Source: Eledone cirrhosa (taxonomy: Eukaryota). From it: 64,000 bases of DNA. The notes beneath the pieces were generated by a model. That model saw only the letters and a program-made list of their open reading frames with translations. It did not search any database and was not told the origin of the DNA. The position numbers and the translations under genes were made by a program. Location of the stretch: assembly GCA_964016885.1 (NCBI GenBank), contig OZ024742.1, forward strand, positions 362,204,001 to 362,268,000, written 5' to 3'. Position 1 is the stretch's first letter. Each line of letters begins with the position of its first letter. Below are positions 1 to 11,885 of the stretch, in pieces.

Positions 1-2778
1 CTTCGTTTTGGGGGCCTGCTCCTGCGCAGCCATTAGCATTCCTTCTGTAGCCTTTTTGAGGTCTCCTCTTCTCAACCAGTTCCATGTCTGTGGATCTCTA
101 AATTCAGTTTTCTCAAAGAAGGTACTATGAAGGGATTTTCCCTTAAGGCTGCTCTTCCTCCTTGATGTTATTTCCTCCTTGGACATCCCCTGGCCTACTG
201 TCCCCTCCTTCAGTACAGCTCTGAGCATTGGCTCCATACTATAGGTCACGTATTTGTATAGGTTGTTTTTCTCCATCTGAACACAGTCCTCTATGCTGAT
301 AAGACCTCTTCCACCCTCAGATCTCCTTAGGTAGAGTCTATCGACATCACTCCTCTTGTGGAACATGTTGTAGATAGTCAATAGCTTCCTAGTCTTCCTA
401 TCCATTTCTTTTTGTTCAGCAACATTCCATCTCAGAATTCCCGCACTGTACCTAATAATAGACACAGCTCGGGAATTTACTGCGCTTATGGCATTTCTAC
501 TGTTCAGATGTGACTTCAATACGCTCCTTACTCTTCGAATGTATTCAGTTCTTAACAATTCCTTCATTTTTTTGTTCTTTATGCCATCAGCCTCCAGAAC
601 GCCCAAATACTTGTATCCTTCCTCAGAGTCAATTTCCTTTATCATCTCACCTGTTGGTATCTGGATCCAGTTACTTCTGCTCAACCTACCCCTCTTCATC
701 ACAATGACTCCACATTTACCAATACCAAACTGCATACATATATCACTGCTGAAAATACGGACAGTGTCAACAAGCACATCCAACTCCTTCTCACTTTTCC
801 CGAAGAGCTTAAGATCGTCCATGAAGAGGAGGTGATTGATGGTAAGCTCTCCCCTTCCCAACTTGTATCCTGCTCTCACTTTTCGCAGCATAATGGTCAA
901 GGGCATCAGGGCAAGGACAAACAACAGAGGGGACAGGCTATCTCCCTGGAAGATACCTCTCTTGATCTTCACGCTTCCCAAGGATACTCCAGTTGATGTC
1001 AACTCTGTCTCCCAGGACCCCATACTCCTGCCCAGCAACTGTCTGATGTTATCTGCCACCCTGAAGACCTCCAGGCTTTTGGTGATCCAGGAATGAGGCA
1101 CCATGTCAAATGCCTTTCTGTAGTCTATCCATCCCATGGCAAGATCAGTGTGTCTCCTCCTGCAATTCCCCATTACCATCTTATCAATAAGCAACTGGTC
1201 CTTTGTACCACGTGACTTCTTTCGGCATCCTTTCTGTTCGTCCGGTAACAAGTTGTTTGTGTGGAGGTGATGGTAGATTTCCTCAGACACAATGCTCGTC
1301 AACAGTTTCCACATTACGGGCAGACATGTGATAGGTCTATAGTTGGTAACATCATTACCCTTGATTCGGTCTTTCATTATCAGAACTGTGGTACCTTTTG
1401 TCAACCACTCTGGCACCTCACCCGACACCAAGCAGTCATTGAACATGGCCGTCAGCTTCGGGTGGAGGGATGTTAAATGTTTAATCCAATACCCCTGCAC
1501 ACCATCTGGGCCTGGTGATTTCCAGTTGGTTAGTTTTTTGGCTTGCCCCTTAAGAGTTTCAACTGTGATACTCAAATCAGTCTGTTGTTGTGCCTTCTCA
1601 CCGATCTCCCTCTGTACTGTCTCAATCCACCCTGCCTGGGCATTGTGTCTAACATCCTGCTCCCATATTCCTCTCCAGAATGTTTTAGCTTGTTCCGCCC
1701 CAGGGATCAAGTCGTTGCCTCTTTCTTTCCCCTCAAGCTGTCCAAACAGCATCTTCTGGTTGCTGTCGAACATGCGGTTCTGTTTATACTGACTGACTCT
1801 GTTCTCGTATCGCCTGATTTTGGCACTCTTTGCTACAATGCGTTGCTTCAATTCCTCTATGATAATATTTAGCTTTTTACTCCTAGTTTTGTATTTTATT
1901 TCCAGTCTATTTTTAGTGCCTATGTTTTTTAGTGTCCCATTCAGTAGTGACTCAAGCTTTCCTATGTCATTTCTCATTTCCCTGATTTGCCCACTCAGTC
2001 GCTTCTTCCACCACGGCTCTGCTCTTTCTTGTCTGTTGTTTCCTCTCGCTTTTATACCAAGTAGTTTCCTCACCGTATTTGCTGTTGCTTTGAGGATATT
2101 GTTGCACTGGTGGAGACTCCTCGCCTCAAGGTATGGGATGACTTTGTTTACCTTAGCTGTTGTTTCTTTTAACTTTTTCCTGTCTACAAATCTTAGGTTC
2201 ATAGGTCTCCCACTATCATTGTTCAATTCATCTACCACTAGATTTAGGATGTCAACCGAATCTTGTCCTAGCCCGTCAGCATTCATCTCCTCAGTGGCCG
2301 TATCTCTGTTCCAGGTATTATTTATCTCAGTATTCAGATCATTGTCTGCTTCGGGTGGTTCCTCCGTTCTCAGGACCTCCTCACCTTCATTTCCCACCGG
2401 CTCGCCTGTCTGGCATACTACACCCGCCATCTCCAAGCCATTCTCTCTGCTCAGTTCCTCCAGTTCCAGCTCGCTTATCCACCCATTAGTTCTTATTACC
2501 CGAGCATGCCCGGCCAATTTTTGTTCATCTAATTTAAATAAACCAATCTCGTTCCAGATGTTATGCATCCGTCTCCTGTAGCCCCTCTCCTTGGGGTTAC
2601 TTTTCAGGTAGCATTGCATAACAGTTCTATTCAATTCTTTCGTCCAGTTGGTTCTGGCCCCTTTCCTTCTTCTTCTTCCTCCAACATCAGCAGTATTTGG
2701 TTGACAGTCAGGTTCCTGCTGCTGAGCCAGGGGGCACCTGTTGGGTGAGAGTCTGTCACATGACGTTCTAGTCTCCAT
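1..2778 (-). CDS. R4/Dong-clade non-LTR retrotransposon ORF (reverse transcriptase), runs off the left edge
   Basis: Manual minus-strand translation from ATG at 2778: METRTSC...WTKELNRTVMQCYLKSNPKERGYRRRMHNIW (R4-type N-terminus), NYRPITCL, WIDYRKAFDMVPHSW, RGIFQGDSLSP, NHLLFMDDLKLFG. The MDD ATG at 822 is in frame with 2778. The ORF track lists no minus ORF here, consistent with no stop before the edge. Confidence 0.85.
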   Translation of the reverse strand, partial: METRTSCDRLSPNRCPLAQQQEPDCQPNTADVGGRRRRKGARTNWTKELNRTVMQCYLKSNPKERGYRRRMHNIWNEIGLFKLDEQKLAGHARVIRTNGWISELELEELSRENGLEMAGVVCQTGEPVGNEGEEVLRTEEPPEADNDLNTEINNTWNRDTATEEMNADGLGQDSVDILNLVVDELNNDSGRPMNLRFVDRKKLKETTAKVNKVIPYLEARSLHQCNNILKATANTVRKLLGIKARGNNRQERAEPWWKKRLSGQIREMRNDIGKLESLLNGTLKNIGTKNRLEIKYKTRSKKLNIIIEELKQRIVAKSAKIRRYENRVSQYKQNRMFDSNQKMLFGQLEGKERGNDLIPGAEQAKTFWRGIWEQDVRHNAQAGWIETVQREIGEKAQQQTDLSITVETLKGQAKKLTNWKSPGPDGVQGYWIKHLTSLHPKLTAMFNDCLVSGEVPEWLTKGTTVLIMKDRIKGNDVTNYRPITCLPVMWKLLTSIVSEEIYHHLHTNNLLPDEQKGCRKKSRGTKDQLLIDKMVMGNCRRRHTDLAMGWIDYRKAFDMVPHSWITKSLEVFRVADNIRQLLGRSMGSWETELTSTGVSLGSVKIKRGIFQGDSLSPLLFVLALMPLTIMLRKVRAGYKLGRGELTINHLLFMDDLKLFGKSEKELDVLVDTVRIFSSDICMQFGIGKCGVIVMKRGRLSRSNWIQIPTGEMIKEIDSEEGYKYLGVLEADGIKNKKMKELLRTEYIRRVRSVLKSHLNSRNAISAVNSRAVSIIRYSAGILRWNVAEQKEMDRKTRKLLTIYNMFHKRSDVDRLYLRRSEGGRGLISIEDCVQMEKNNLYKYVTYSMEPMLRAVLKEGTVGQGMSKEEITSRRKSSLKGKSLHSTFFEKTEFRDPQTWNWLRRGDLKKATEGMLMAAQEQAPKTK

Positions 2779-3807
2779 TTCACCGTTATTCGAACTGTTT
2801 ATGTTCGATATTTAAACACTCTTATCGAGGATTGGCGAATGTATGTTTACATAGCCATCTGTGGATCCGCCATCCCACTTGGCCCTTGTGTGGCATTATC
2901 ACCACGCTGTATACGAACACACATAAACAAACAAACACACGGGCAGAAAGGGCCCCAAAAATGAATAAGCATAAGTTTCATTGTAATGTAGTATTCGAAT
3001 GTCTGACTTAGTTTTTGTTTTTTAAGTTTTACTTTTTCCCCCCTCTTCTCTGTCCGTCCGCCTGCTTCTCTCTTCATTCTTATTTTCTTTACGTTTTTGG
3101 GGTTTCTTTTTTTGTTTTTGTTTTTGTTTTTCTCTGTTTGTTTTTCTCGTTTTTTGCTGTTGTTGCTGTGCTGCTTTGGTTTTGTTGTTTGTTTTTTCTT
3201 TTTTCTTTTGAGTCTATCTATATATTTTGATGCCTTCCTCTTTGTTAGTAGTAGGGATTCTATAATGTGGGAGTAGTAGCAGCCAGCAGGGAGAAGTGGG
3301 AGAGGGCGGCGTTGGCGATACTGAGACAGTGCTGGTGGTGATGTCGATACCGAGGCAGTGGTGGCGGTGATGCGACCGTATTACTGTAGTGATGGTGCTG
3401 TAGCGGTGGCAGCAGCAGTGAAGGAGTCAAGGGGTGGTGGCGGCGGTGATGGGATAGTGGTGGTAATGATGGCCGTAGTGAGCGGTGGCGGTGAAGGTGA
3501 AAATGCTGTTGTGTTTAGTGTACACAGATGATGGGGTGGGTGGTGTATCTAGTTTCTGGTGTTGGTGAGTTTAGCTGTCCTATATAGTGTAGCCAGAGGA
3601 GAGGAGGGGGGGGGGGTTCTTCTTCTTCCATTTATAGCCATTTTTTGGGGGGGATATACAGTGTACAATACAAAGTTGAATATTTGAATATTTGAGCCTT
3701 ATAACAATATATTTTGGGTCCGAATTTTTTGGGGCTCAAGCCGGGTGCTTTACGTAGCATTTGTACTAAGAGTTGTTATTTCACAAATGATTTAAATATG
3801 TTAAAAA

Positions 3808-3809
<2 letters not shown>
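2779..3809 (-). mobile_element. Probable 5' leader of the R4/Dong element
   Basis: ACC- and A-rich non-coding stretch between the R4 ATG and the (TAA)n tract. The boundary is inferred from the tract. Confidence 0.45.

Positions 3810-3881
<72 letters not shown>
3810..3881. repeat. (TTA)n/(TAA)n microsatellite at the 5' junction of Tx1 copy 1
   Basis: About 23 ATT units immediately before tggcgacctacgtag. Confidence 0.95.
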
Positions 3882-4095
3882 GGCGACCTACGTAGTAAAT
3901 CGTATCATCGTGAGCTCCGCAAAGGTTTGTTGTTTTCAGTTGTTTAAAATTGCCATTTATGGAAAATTTTTATTGTTAACTGTATATAAGTGCACATACA
4001 TTGTTTTCTGAAAAGGACACTCAAAAAGATTGGAGCCTTGAGCCCAAAATCTAAGCTTTTATAATTATTAAAAAAAAAAATTTCTTTGAAAAATC

Positions 4096-6020
4096 ATGGC
4101 CGACTCACAGCTGAACCAAGTAGCTGAGAGCATTCGTCACAAACTAACACCTCACACCGACACCACCATTGTAAATATTACTACGTTTGCTAACACTAAA
4201 AATATAAGCAGTAGCAATATTTTAAATTTGTCTCAGGCAGACATTCATTTCCCGCCATTACCAATGACTGCAGGTGTTAAAACCGCCACCCCTACCACAG
4301 CGACAACAGAAACAAAAGAAAATAATAAATTAACTCGTCATATCGAAAAGAATTCAACCAAAATGAACTCTTCCAGACCGAACACCACTGACGCCACCAC
4401 CACCACAACTGAAACTAAAATTAACAATAACAAAAATAACGATAACCACAACAGCAACAATGAAATTAAGAAAACCACCCTGAGTTTTGCCAGAGTAGCA
4501 AAACAGTGCGAAGCATTCTAGGTAACTCAGGAGGAATTAGGAGAAGCCAAAAAAATGGTAAAGAAAGATGGGTACAGGCTCAGCCCCCTCCCCACCTAAT
4601 AAAATGGAGCATCGGCGCCTATGCACTGTGTCTTATCGGACGATTAAAATAACATCGCGCCGAGTGGAACGGGCATCCGAGTCCCAAATCCAAAGAAATT
4701 GGGACATGTGTGGGCAAAAAAACCCCACATCAGACGTGGGCAGAAATATGGAACTGTGGACGTGTTCTTTGAAACACCACTGGAGGCCAGAGAACACTCC
4801 ATGGCCCCATTAACAAGTGACGACTTCACACTCGTCCCAAGCTATTGTGGCCAGAGACTCATGAAGATCAGGGTGACCCACGTTCCACCGGCCATCGAAA
4901 TTCCCTGGCTAATAGCTGCCGTCCTCGCCGGCATCGAAGCCAACACCAAGATAATCGATATAGCGAAAGAAAAGTAGGAGAACTGGTCCGGATCTGGGAT
5001 GGAGCTCCTGATCCAAGCGGACCAAAAAAGCATTGAGGAGATCCCAGAGGTAATAGACCTCACTGACGGCAGCCACCTCACGGTAATCGTCGAGGGCAGA
5101 AGGCCTAGGTGTGTCGTTTGTGGTGAAGGAACCCACCTAAGGGCTTTCTGCCCTCAGGCTAAAAGGTTGAGGCCACCTCTCTTACCCACCCCAGTGACTC
5201 AACCATCAACACCACCAGCAGCAGAAATAGTAGCAACAACAGAAGCAACTGTAACAGCAACAACCCCAGCAACATTAGTAAAATCAACACCACCACCACC
5301 CAACGGCCCATAACTAGCACCAGCGCCTACACCATCCACCACGCCACAACCAAAACCAACGCCTGTGGAGGATTTTCCACTCCCCGGCTTCTCGCAACTG
5401 GAGACAGATTGTGACGACGAGGAGTGTGAAACGGTATCAGGAAAAATTAAAAAAACTTAAAAAAAAAAGAAAAAAGAAAAAATTCTCTTGCTTCCCCCTT
5501 AAAAAACAAAATACAGAGGGAAACAAATAAATTATCGAACAAGAAAGTTAAGACAGATATGCCACCATCCACACCAGCATCACCAACCCCATCACCACAA
5601 ACACCAACACCATCACCATCATTAACCCCAACACCACCATCTCCAACACCACAAAAGTCACCAAAAAGCATAACAGAAACAAACCCACAACAGACGCAAA
5701 CGATACAAAACAACCAAAACGATACACACTACACAGCATTAAATTTGAATAACAACCAATTATTACACTACATGCAACACAACACCAGCATCACAGAAAA
5801 AGACTACACAACAACCCAAAAGTTCACACGACCTCCACACATACAAATCACTCGCATCACACAGAAAACGTACACGACACTAAAACAAAAATTCCCCAAA
5901 GACATCGGAGACTTCCGACAAACACTCTCCAGGGGGATTTATAAGGACATCCTTCCGGAGGAGGCCACAAGCAGTGAAAAGGATGGACAAACCATCCTTC
6001 CTCTACGAGAAGTAAGGTAA
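4096..6020 (+). pseudogene. Tx1 ORF1 (gag-like: RRM-like region, CCHC knuckle, Pro/Thr-rich linker), frameshifted with stops
   Basis: Fragments 4096-4521, 4568-4813, 4699-4977, 4999-5313 and 5559-6020, with YGTVDVFFETP and CVVCGEGTHLRAFC (CX2CX4HX4C). Confidence 0.8.
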
Positions 6021-6054
6021 GTGGTTTTTCCCATCTTTTCCACTCCATTTCAAC

Positions 6055-9000
6055 ATGACCTCACTCAGAATAGGCAGCATAAATGCGCGTGGCTTGGGGT
6101 CGTCATGGAAGCAGGGCCACCTGCTCAACGACCTCAGGTCACTAAACATAGATGTAGTGGCCATCAGCGAGACCAGAATCTCCGAAGCACGGGCCTTCGC
6201 ACCGATCTTCGGCGGCTACGATGTGTACGCATCTCCCAGCCGTCCGGGATCGGGGGTGGAGTTGCTGTGCTTTTACGGAGAGGTTTGGATCTCGCCATAC
6301 GGGCCATCTTCCTGGATGCAGAAGGTAAATTCGTGGTGTTGGACGTGACCAGCGGAGACGGGCAAGCTTTCAGGCTAGTGGCCGTCTATGCACCGACAGG
6401 AACAGGGCAGCCTGATTTCTTCCGGCGTCTGGAGACCTTTCGTGGAACGTCCCGCTCTTTAGTGTTAGTGGGCGACTGGAACGGGATCTTAGATGCACGC
6501 TGGGACTGTGTGGGATTAGCGGATAGGGGAGGAGGGTGCAAGAGCCTCACCAACCTGCCCAGTCGTTTTAAACTGTCTGACAGGTACCGATTGGATTTCC
6601 CGAATGTGCCAATGTGGACTTGGACAAATCGTATAGGGTCATCCAGATCATATCTAGATAGAGTATTTTGTAGGGAAATAGATAGGTCTAGCATAGGCTG
6701 TCCACAATTCAAGATAGTCAGCTACACGGACCACAAATTCTTGATCTGTGTGCTTGACTTAGATAGGCTTCATAGACGAGGACCCGGCTACTGGAAGCTA
6801 AACGCGTCCTTACCAGCGCGCAAGGCCTACAGAGACCGGATTAGCGAACTAGTTAAGCGGGCGTTGACGGGGGCCATGGTCAACAACAAGTGGTGGTTTG
6901 CTCTGAAAAGGACGATTAGAATAGAATCCATTAGGTTTAGTAAGGCTTTAGCAATAGAGAAAAATAGAGCAGAGGGAGAACTAGTTAGAAAATTAGACGA
7001 GGCGCTTAACAAAGGCATCGCGACCGACTTACTTGCGGCGAAAGTGGCCCTTGACCAATTCTTCAATGCAAAGCACGAAGGCTGCGTTGTCAGAGCTAGG
7101 GTGCGTTCTCTCAGACACGAGGGGACGAAAGCCGTTCAATGGGCCCGAGTGGCGGAGGCGCGTCGTGGCAACAGTGCCACAGTCCGGTCTTTGGTGGACC
7201 ATGACGGGCGCATGCTACTCGATCCCGGTCAAATGTGTGAAGCTTTTCAGCGACACTTCGCTCAGCTGTTCGGGGGCAGCGGCGGGCCAGAACGAGGGAT
7301 GGACTTTAGTGTCTACCTCGACGGACTGCCGCAGCTCTCAACCACTGAGGCGGAGTGTTGCGAAAAGCCAATAACAGCCGCTGAAGTACGGGAGGCAATG
7401 ACTGGCTACACAAGGGGTAAATCGCCTGGTTTGGATGGTCTGCCATATGAACTTTACGTACAGATGCCAGACTTGTTCGGAGGCCTCTTGGCGGACGTCT
7501 ACTGCAACTGGCAACAGAACGGGAGAATTCCCACCTCTGTGAGCCGAGGAGCTGTGGAGCTGCTGAGAAAGGATCCGAACAAGGGGGATAACATAGATAA
7601 TTTCATCCCCATAACTCTGCTAAACACAGAGTTCAAGATTTTGGCCAAGGTGCTAGCAAAGAGGTTGGCGCTTGTCGTTGGTGGTCTGGTGGGAGAGGCG
7701 CAGACATGCGCCATTCCCGACAGATCCATCCACGACAACCTCCACCTCATGCGATACATCGTAGAGAAGATAGCTAGGGAACCTGGCACGGGTGGGTCAT
7801 TGATCAATTTAGATCAGTCCAAAGCTTTCGATAGGGTCGACCATCGTTACCTAGCGGCAGTCCTGAGTGCGGCTGGCTTTGGGCCCGTCTTCATAGGCTG
7901 GATCGCTGCCATGCACAGCGACATCTGGTCTGTGGTGAGAGTGAACGGTCACCTTTCGGAACCGTTCAACATCATGCGCTCGGTCCGCCAAGGATGTCCC
8001 CTCTCGTCCCTCTTGTACATATTGATTCTCGAGCCATTACTGCACAAACTGGAGACGTTGAGGGGGGTCCCGCGCGAACTAGGATGCGGAAGATCCGTGT
8101 CAGCATATGCGGACGATGTCACTGTAGTGGTGTCGAACGCCAAACACATCGAGGCGATCGGCACTACACTAAGAGAATACGAAGCGGTGACAGGAGCAAT
8201 GATCAACCAGGAAAAGTCAGTGGGCCTGCAGCTCGGCACCTGGAGAGGCAGGTCCATGCCGTCCAACAGCGTCGTCGGGCGCTGGACGGACGGACCGGTT
8301 AAATTGCTAGGGGTCTGTTTCGGTCCGGACCTCCAGACAGACAAAAACTGGGACGAGGTGACGAGCAGGGTGGCTTCTCTCACCCAGAAATGGGCCGAGA
8401 GGAAGCTGGAGCGCTTGCTCTTTCGCTTTTTGTGGAAGGGACGCGCTCCGATGGTCAGGCGGTCCATCTGCTGTCAACACCAGCTACGTGGAGGGCTGGG
8501 CATGCCGTGGCTGATGATGCGCAGACACGCACTCAGGCTACGACATCTCCACCTCTTCCTCGACGGTGATCAGGTGTGGTCGCCGTTTGCTAGACACGTT
8601 TTTCCCTAGCTCGTCTCCTTGACGGAGCTGCAGTCCTGGGTCAAGCGAAGACCGAGAGGGAGCGCTTGGAGACTGGAATGTCTTCAGGCGCTCACAGCCC
8701 TCGACCAATCGGGCAATGTGATCGGTGGAAACTCCACCTTGGCCTTCTATAGAGGATTAGTGGAGGGGAAGAGCGACGATGTACTTGGAGAAACTCTAAA
8801 TGTCGACGAAAATCAAGTAGCCAATCTCTTCGGAAGGACTTTCGGACCGGGGCCTAGGGACAACTTAGTGAAATCCCTGCCCTGGCAGTGCTACTGAGGA
8901 GCTTTGCCAGTTCGGGATAAACTCTACAGGCATAGAGGTGCCGTCAGCCGGGCATGTCCGAAGATGGGCGCAGGGCGACGGAACCGTCCTGAACGCACTC

Positions 9001-9372
9001 GTCCAGTGTCCGAGCATTGCTGACTTGTGGTTTTATGTCGAACACCTGCTGTCACGTGTAGGACGGATCCAGCTGTCAGCTGAGTCCATCGTGAGGTTTG
9101 CCCCGCCCTCCTCCTTTAGCCGGGAAGGGCAAGCAGTTTTTATCTGTCTGGTGGCCCTGGCGGAAGAGATAGTATGGTGGAAACGTTTGAAAGGGCTGAA
9201 GACAAGCACTTACCTCTTCGGTGATGCCCTGATTAACCTTTTCAAATTTCATTTGAAAAGGAAAATCAGGGTAGAGAGGGAAGTGCTCTCTTCCCAGCAT
9301 TTTGTTGAAAGATGGGTGAGAGAAGCAAGTATGGCTCGAGTGAATGGGCCTACTCTGAATATGTGTCTGTAA
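6055..9372 (+). pseudogene. Tx1 ORF2 (APE endonuclease, RT, C-terminal zinc finger), disrupted
   Basis: SINARGLG/VAISET/GDWN/SYLDRVF/YTDH/GPGYWKLN, DQSKAFDRVDH, RQGCPLS, YADD. Frameshift in the G-run near 6252, 102-bp in-frame deletion near 8406 versus copy 2, stops at 8609 and 8897. Confidence 0.9.
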
Positions 9373-9620
9373 ATCAAAGGTGGAAAACTTGGAGAGGGCA
9401 CTTGCCCTGGTGTTCAGAGTCACTGTGGCCTTTTAATGGGCTTTCTCCACAAATGTCCCTCGGAAGTCTCCCCCCTACTGGGGAATTTTCAATTGTTATT
9501 TTTTGTTACATCCTGTTTTTGTTTTTTTTAGACGCAGAAATGCCCATTTGTACCGTCTTGTATTGTCCTGTATTGTCCTCAATGTCTACTTTATGTAAAC
9601 CCTTGTGGTTAATAAAGAAA

Positions 9621-9622
<2 letters not shown>

Positions 9623-9661
<39 letters not shown>
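9623..9661. repeat. (TTA)n microsatellite separating the two Tx1 copies
   Basis: About 13 ATT units between the 3' end of copy 1 and the same 5' start of copy 2. Confidence 0.95.
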
Positions 9662-9869
9662 GGCGACCTACGTAGTAAATCGTATCATCGTGAGCTCCGC
9701 AAAGGTTTGTTATTTCCGTTTGTTAAAAATTGTCATTTATGGAAAATTTTATTGTTAACTGTTTATAAGCGCACATACATTGTTTTCTGAAAAGGACACC
9801 CAAAAAGATTGGGGCCTTGTGCCCAAAATTTAAACTTTTATTATTATCAAAAAAATTTCTTTGAAAAAA

Positions 9870-11851
9870 ATGGCTAATTCACCTCTGCACGAAGCAGCTG
9901 AAAGCCTTCCTCACAAATTAACACCTCACACCGACACCACCATTGTAAATGTTACTACGTTTGCCAACACAAAAAAAAATATAAGCACCAGCAATATTTT
10001 AAATTTGTCTCAGGCAGATATTCATTTCCCGCCATTACCAATGACTGCAGGTGTTAAAGCCTCTACCACCACCACCACCGCGACAACCACCACCACCACC
10101 ACCACCGCGACAAAAGAAACAGAAGAAGAAAAAAATAAATTAACTCGTGATGTCGAAATGAAATCAAGCAAAATGGACTCTTCCCCACCAAAGACGACTG
10201 ACGTCACCACCACCACAACTGAAACTAAAATTAATATTAACGATAGCAACAACAACAACAATGACATTATAACCCCCCCCTCCTCAGTTTCGCCAGAGTA
10301 GCAAAACAGTTCGAAGCATTTACGGTAACTCAGGAGGATTTAGAAAATGCCAAACAAATGGTAAAGAAAGATGGGTACAGGGTCAGCCTCACCCCCCACC
10401 TAATAAAATGGACCATCGGCGCCTATGCACCGTGTCGTATAGAACAATAAATATAAAATCGCGCCGAGTGGAACGGGCATCCGAGTCCCAAATCCCAAAA
10501 TCTTTAGGACATGTGTGGGCAAGAAAAAACCACATCAGACGTGGGCAAAAGTATGGAACCGTGGACGTGTTCTTTGAAACACCAGAGGAGGCTAGAGAAC
10601 ACTCCATGGCCCCATTAAGAAGTGACGACTTCACACTCGTCCCAAGCTATTGTGGCCAGACTCGTAAAGATCAGGGTGACCCACGTTCCACCGGCCATCG
10701 AAATTCCCTGGCTAATAGCGGCCGTCCTCGCTGGCATCGTAGCCAACACGAAAATAATAGCAATAGCAAAAGAAAAGCAGGAGAACTGGTCCGGATCTGG
10801 GATGGAGCTCCTGATCCAAGCGGACCAAAAAAGCATTGAGGAGATCCCAGAGGTAATAGACCTCACTGACGGCAGCCACCTCACGGTAATTGTCGAGGGC
10901 AGAAGACCTAGGTGTGTCGTTTGTGGTGAAGGAACCCACCTAAGGGCTTTCTGCCCTCAGGCTAAAAGGTTGAGGCCACCTCTCCTACCCACCCCAGTGA
11001 CACAACCATCAACACCACCAGTTGCAGAGATGGCAGCAACAACTGTAGCAGCAACAACAGAAGCAACTATAACAGCAACTACCCCAGCAACAGTAGCAAA
11101 ACCAACACCACTACGACCACCAGCAAAACCAACACCACCACCACCCAACGCTTCAGAACTAGCACCAGCGCCTACACCATCCACCACACCACAACCAAAA
11201 CTAACGGCTGTGGACGATTTTCCACTCCCCGGCCTATCACAACTGGAGACAGATTGTGACGACGAGGAGTGGGAAACGATATCCGGAAAAAAAAAGAAAC
11301 CAAAAAAGAAAAAATTCTCTTCCTTCCCCCCTCCAAAAACAAAATACAGAGGGAAACAAATAAATTAAGAAACAAAATTTAGGACAGATATGCCACCATC
11401 CACACCAGCATCACCAACCCCATCAACCCAAGCACCAACACCATCACCATCATTAACCCCAACACCACCATCACCTACACCACAAAAGTCACCAAAATGC
11501 GAAACAGAAACAAACCCACAACAAACGCAAACAAAACAAAACAACCAAAACGATACACACTACACAGCATTAAATTTGAACAACAAGCAATTATTACACT
11601 ACATCCAACACAACACCAGCATCACAGAAAAAGACTACACAACAACCCCAAAATTCACACCACCTCCACACATACAAATCACTCGCATCACACAGAAAAC
11701 GTACATGACACTAAAACAAAAATTCCCCAAAGACATCGGAGACTTCCGACAAGCACTCTCCAGGAGGATTTATAAGGACATCCTTCCTGAGGAGGCCACA
11801 AGCAGGGAAAAGGATGGAAAAACCGTCCTTCCCCTACGAGAAGTAAGGTAA
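9870..11851 (+). pseudogene. Tx1 copy 2 ORF1, frameshifted
   Basis: Fragments 9861-10301, 10408-10839, 10622-11368 and 11390-11851 are homologous to copy 1, with the CCHC knuckle intact. Confidence 0.8.
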
Positions 11852-11885
11852 GTGGTCTTTCCCATCTTTTCCACTCCTTTTCAAC

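Larger units (their letters stand above)
3882..9622 (+). mobile_element. Full-length Tx1/L1-clade LINE, copy 1
   Basis: Starts ggcgacctacgtagtaaatcg and ends aataaagaaatc + (TTA)n. ORF1 + ORF2 architecture, collinear with copy 2. Confidence 0.9.

Noticed and set aside
488-2748. Plus-strand ORFs such as 1820-2581 (253 aa)
   Set aside because: Antisense shadows of the minus-strand R4 RT ORF.
3725-4050. Short similarity cttgagccc(c)aaaa between the R4-side leader (-) and the Tx1 leader (+)
   Set aside because: Only about 13 nt, altered in Tx1 copy 2, and compatible with chance.
6021-6250. N-terminus of the listed 862-aa ORF (MVFPIFSTP...)
   Set aside because: Wrong frame. The true APE start is the ATG at 6055, as copy 2 shows (11886).
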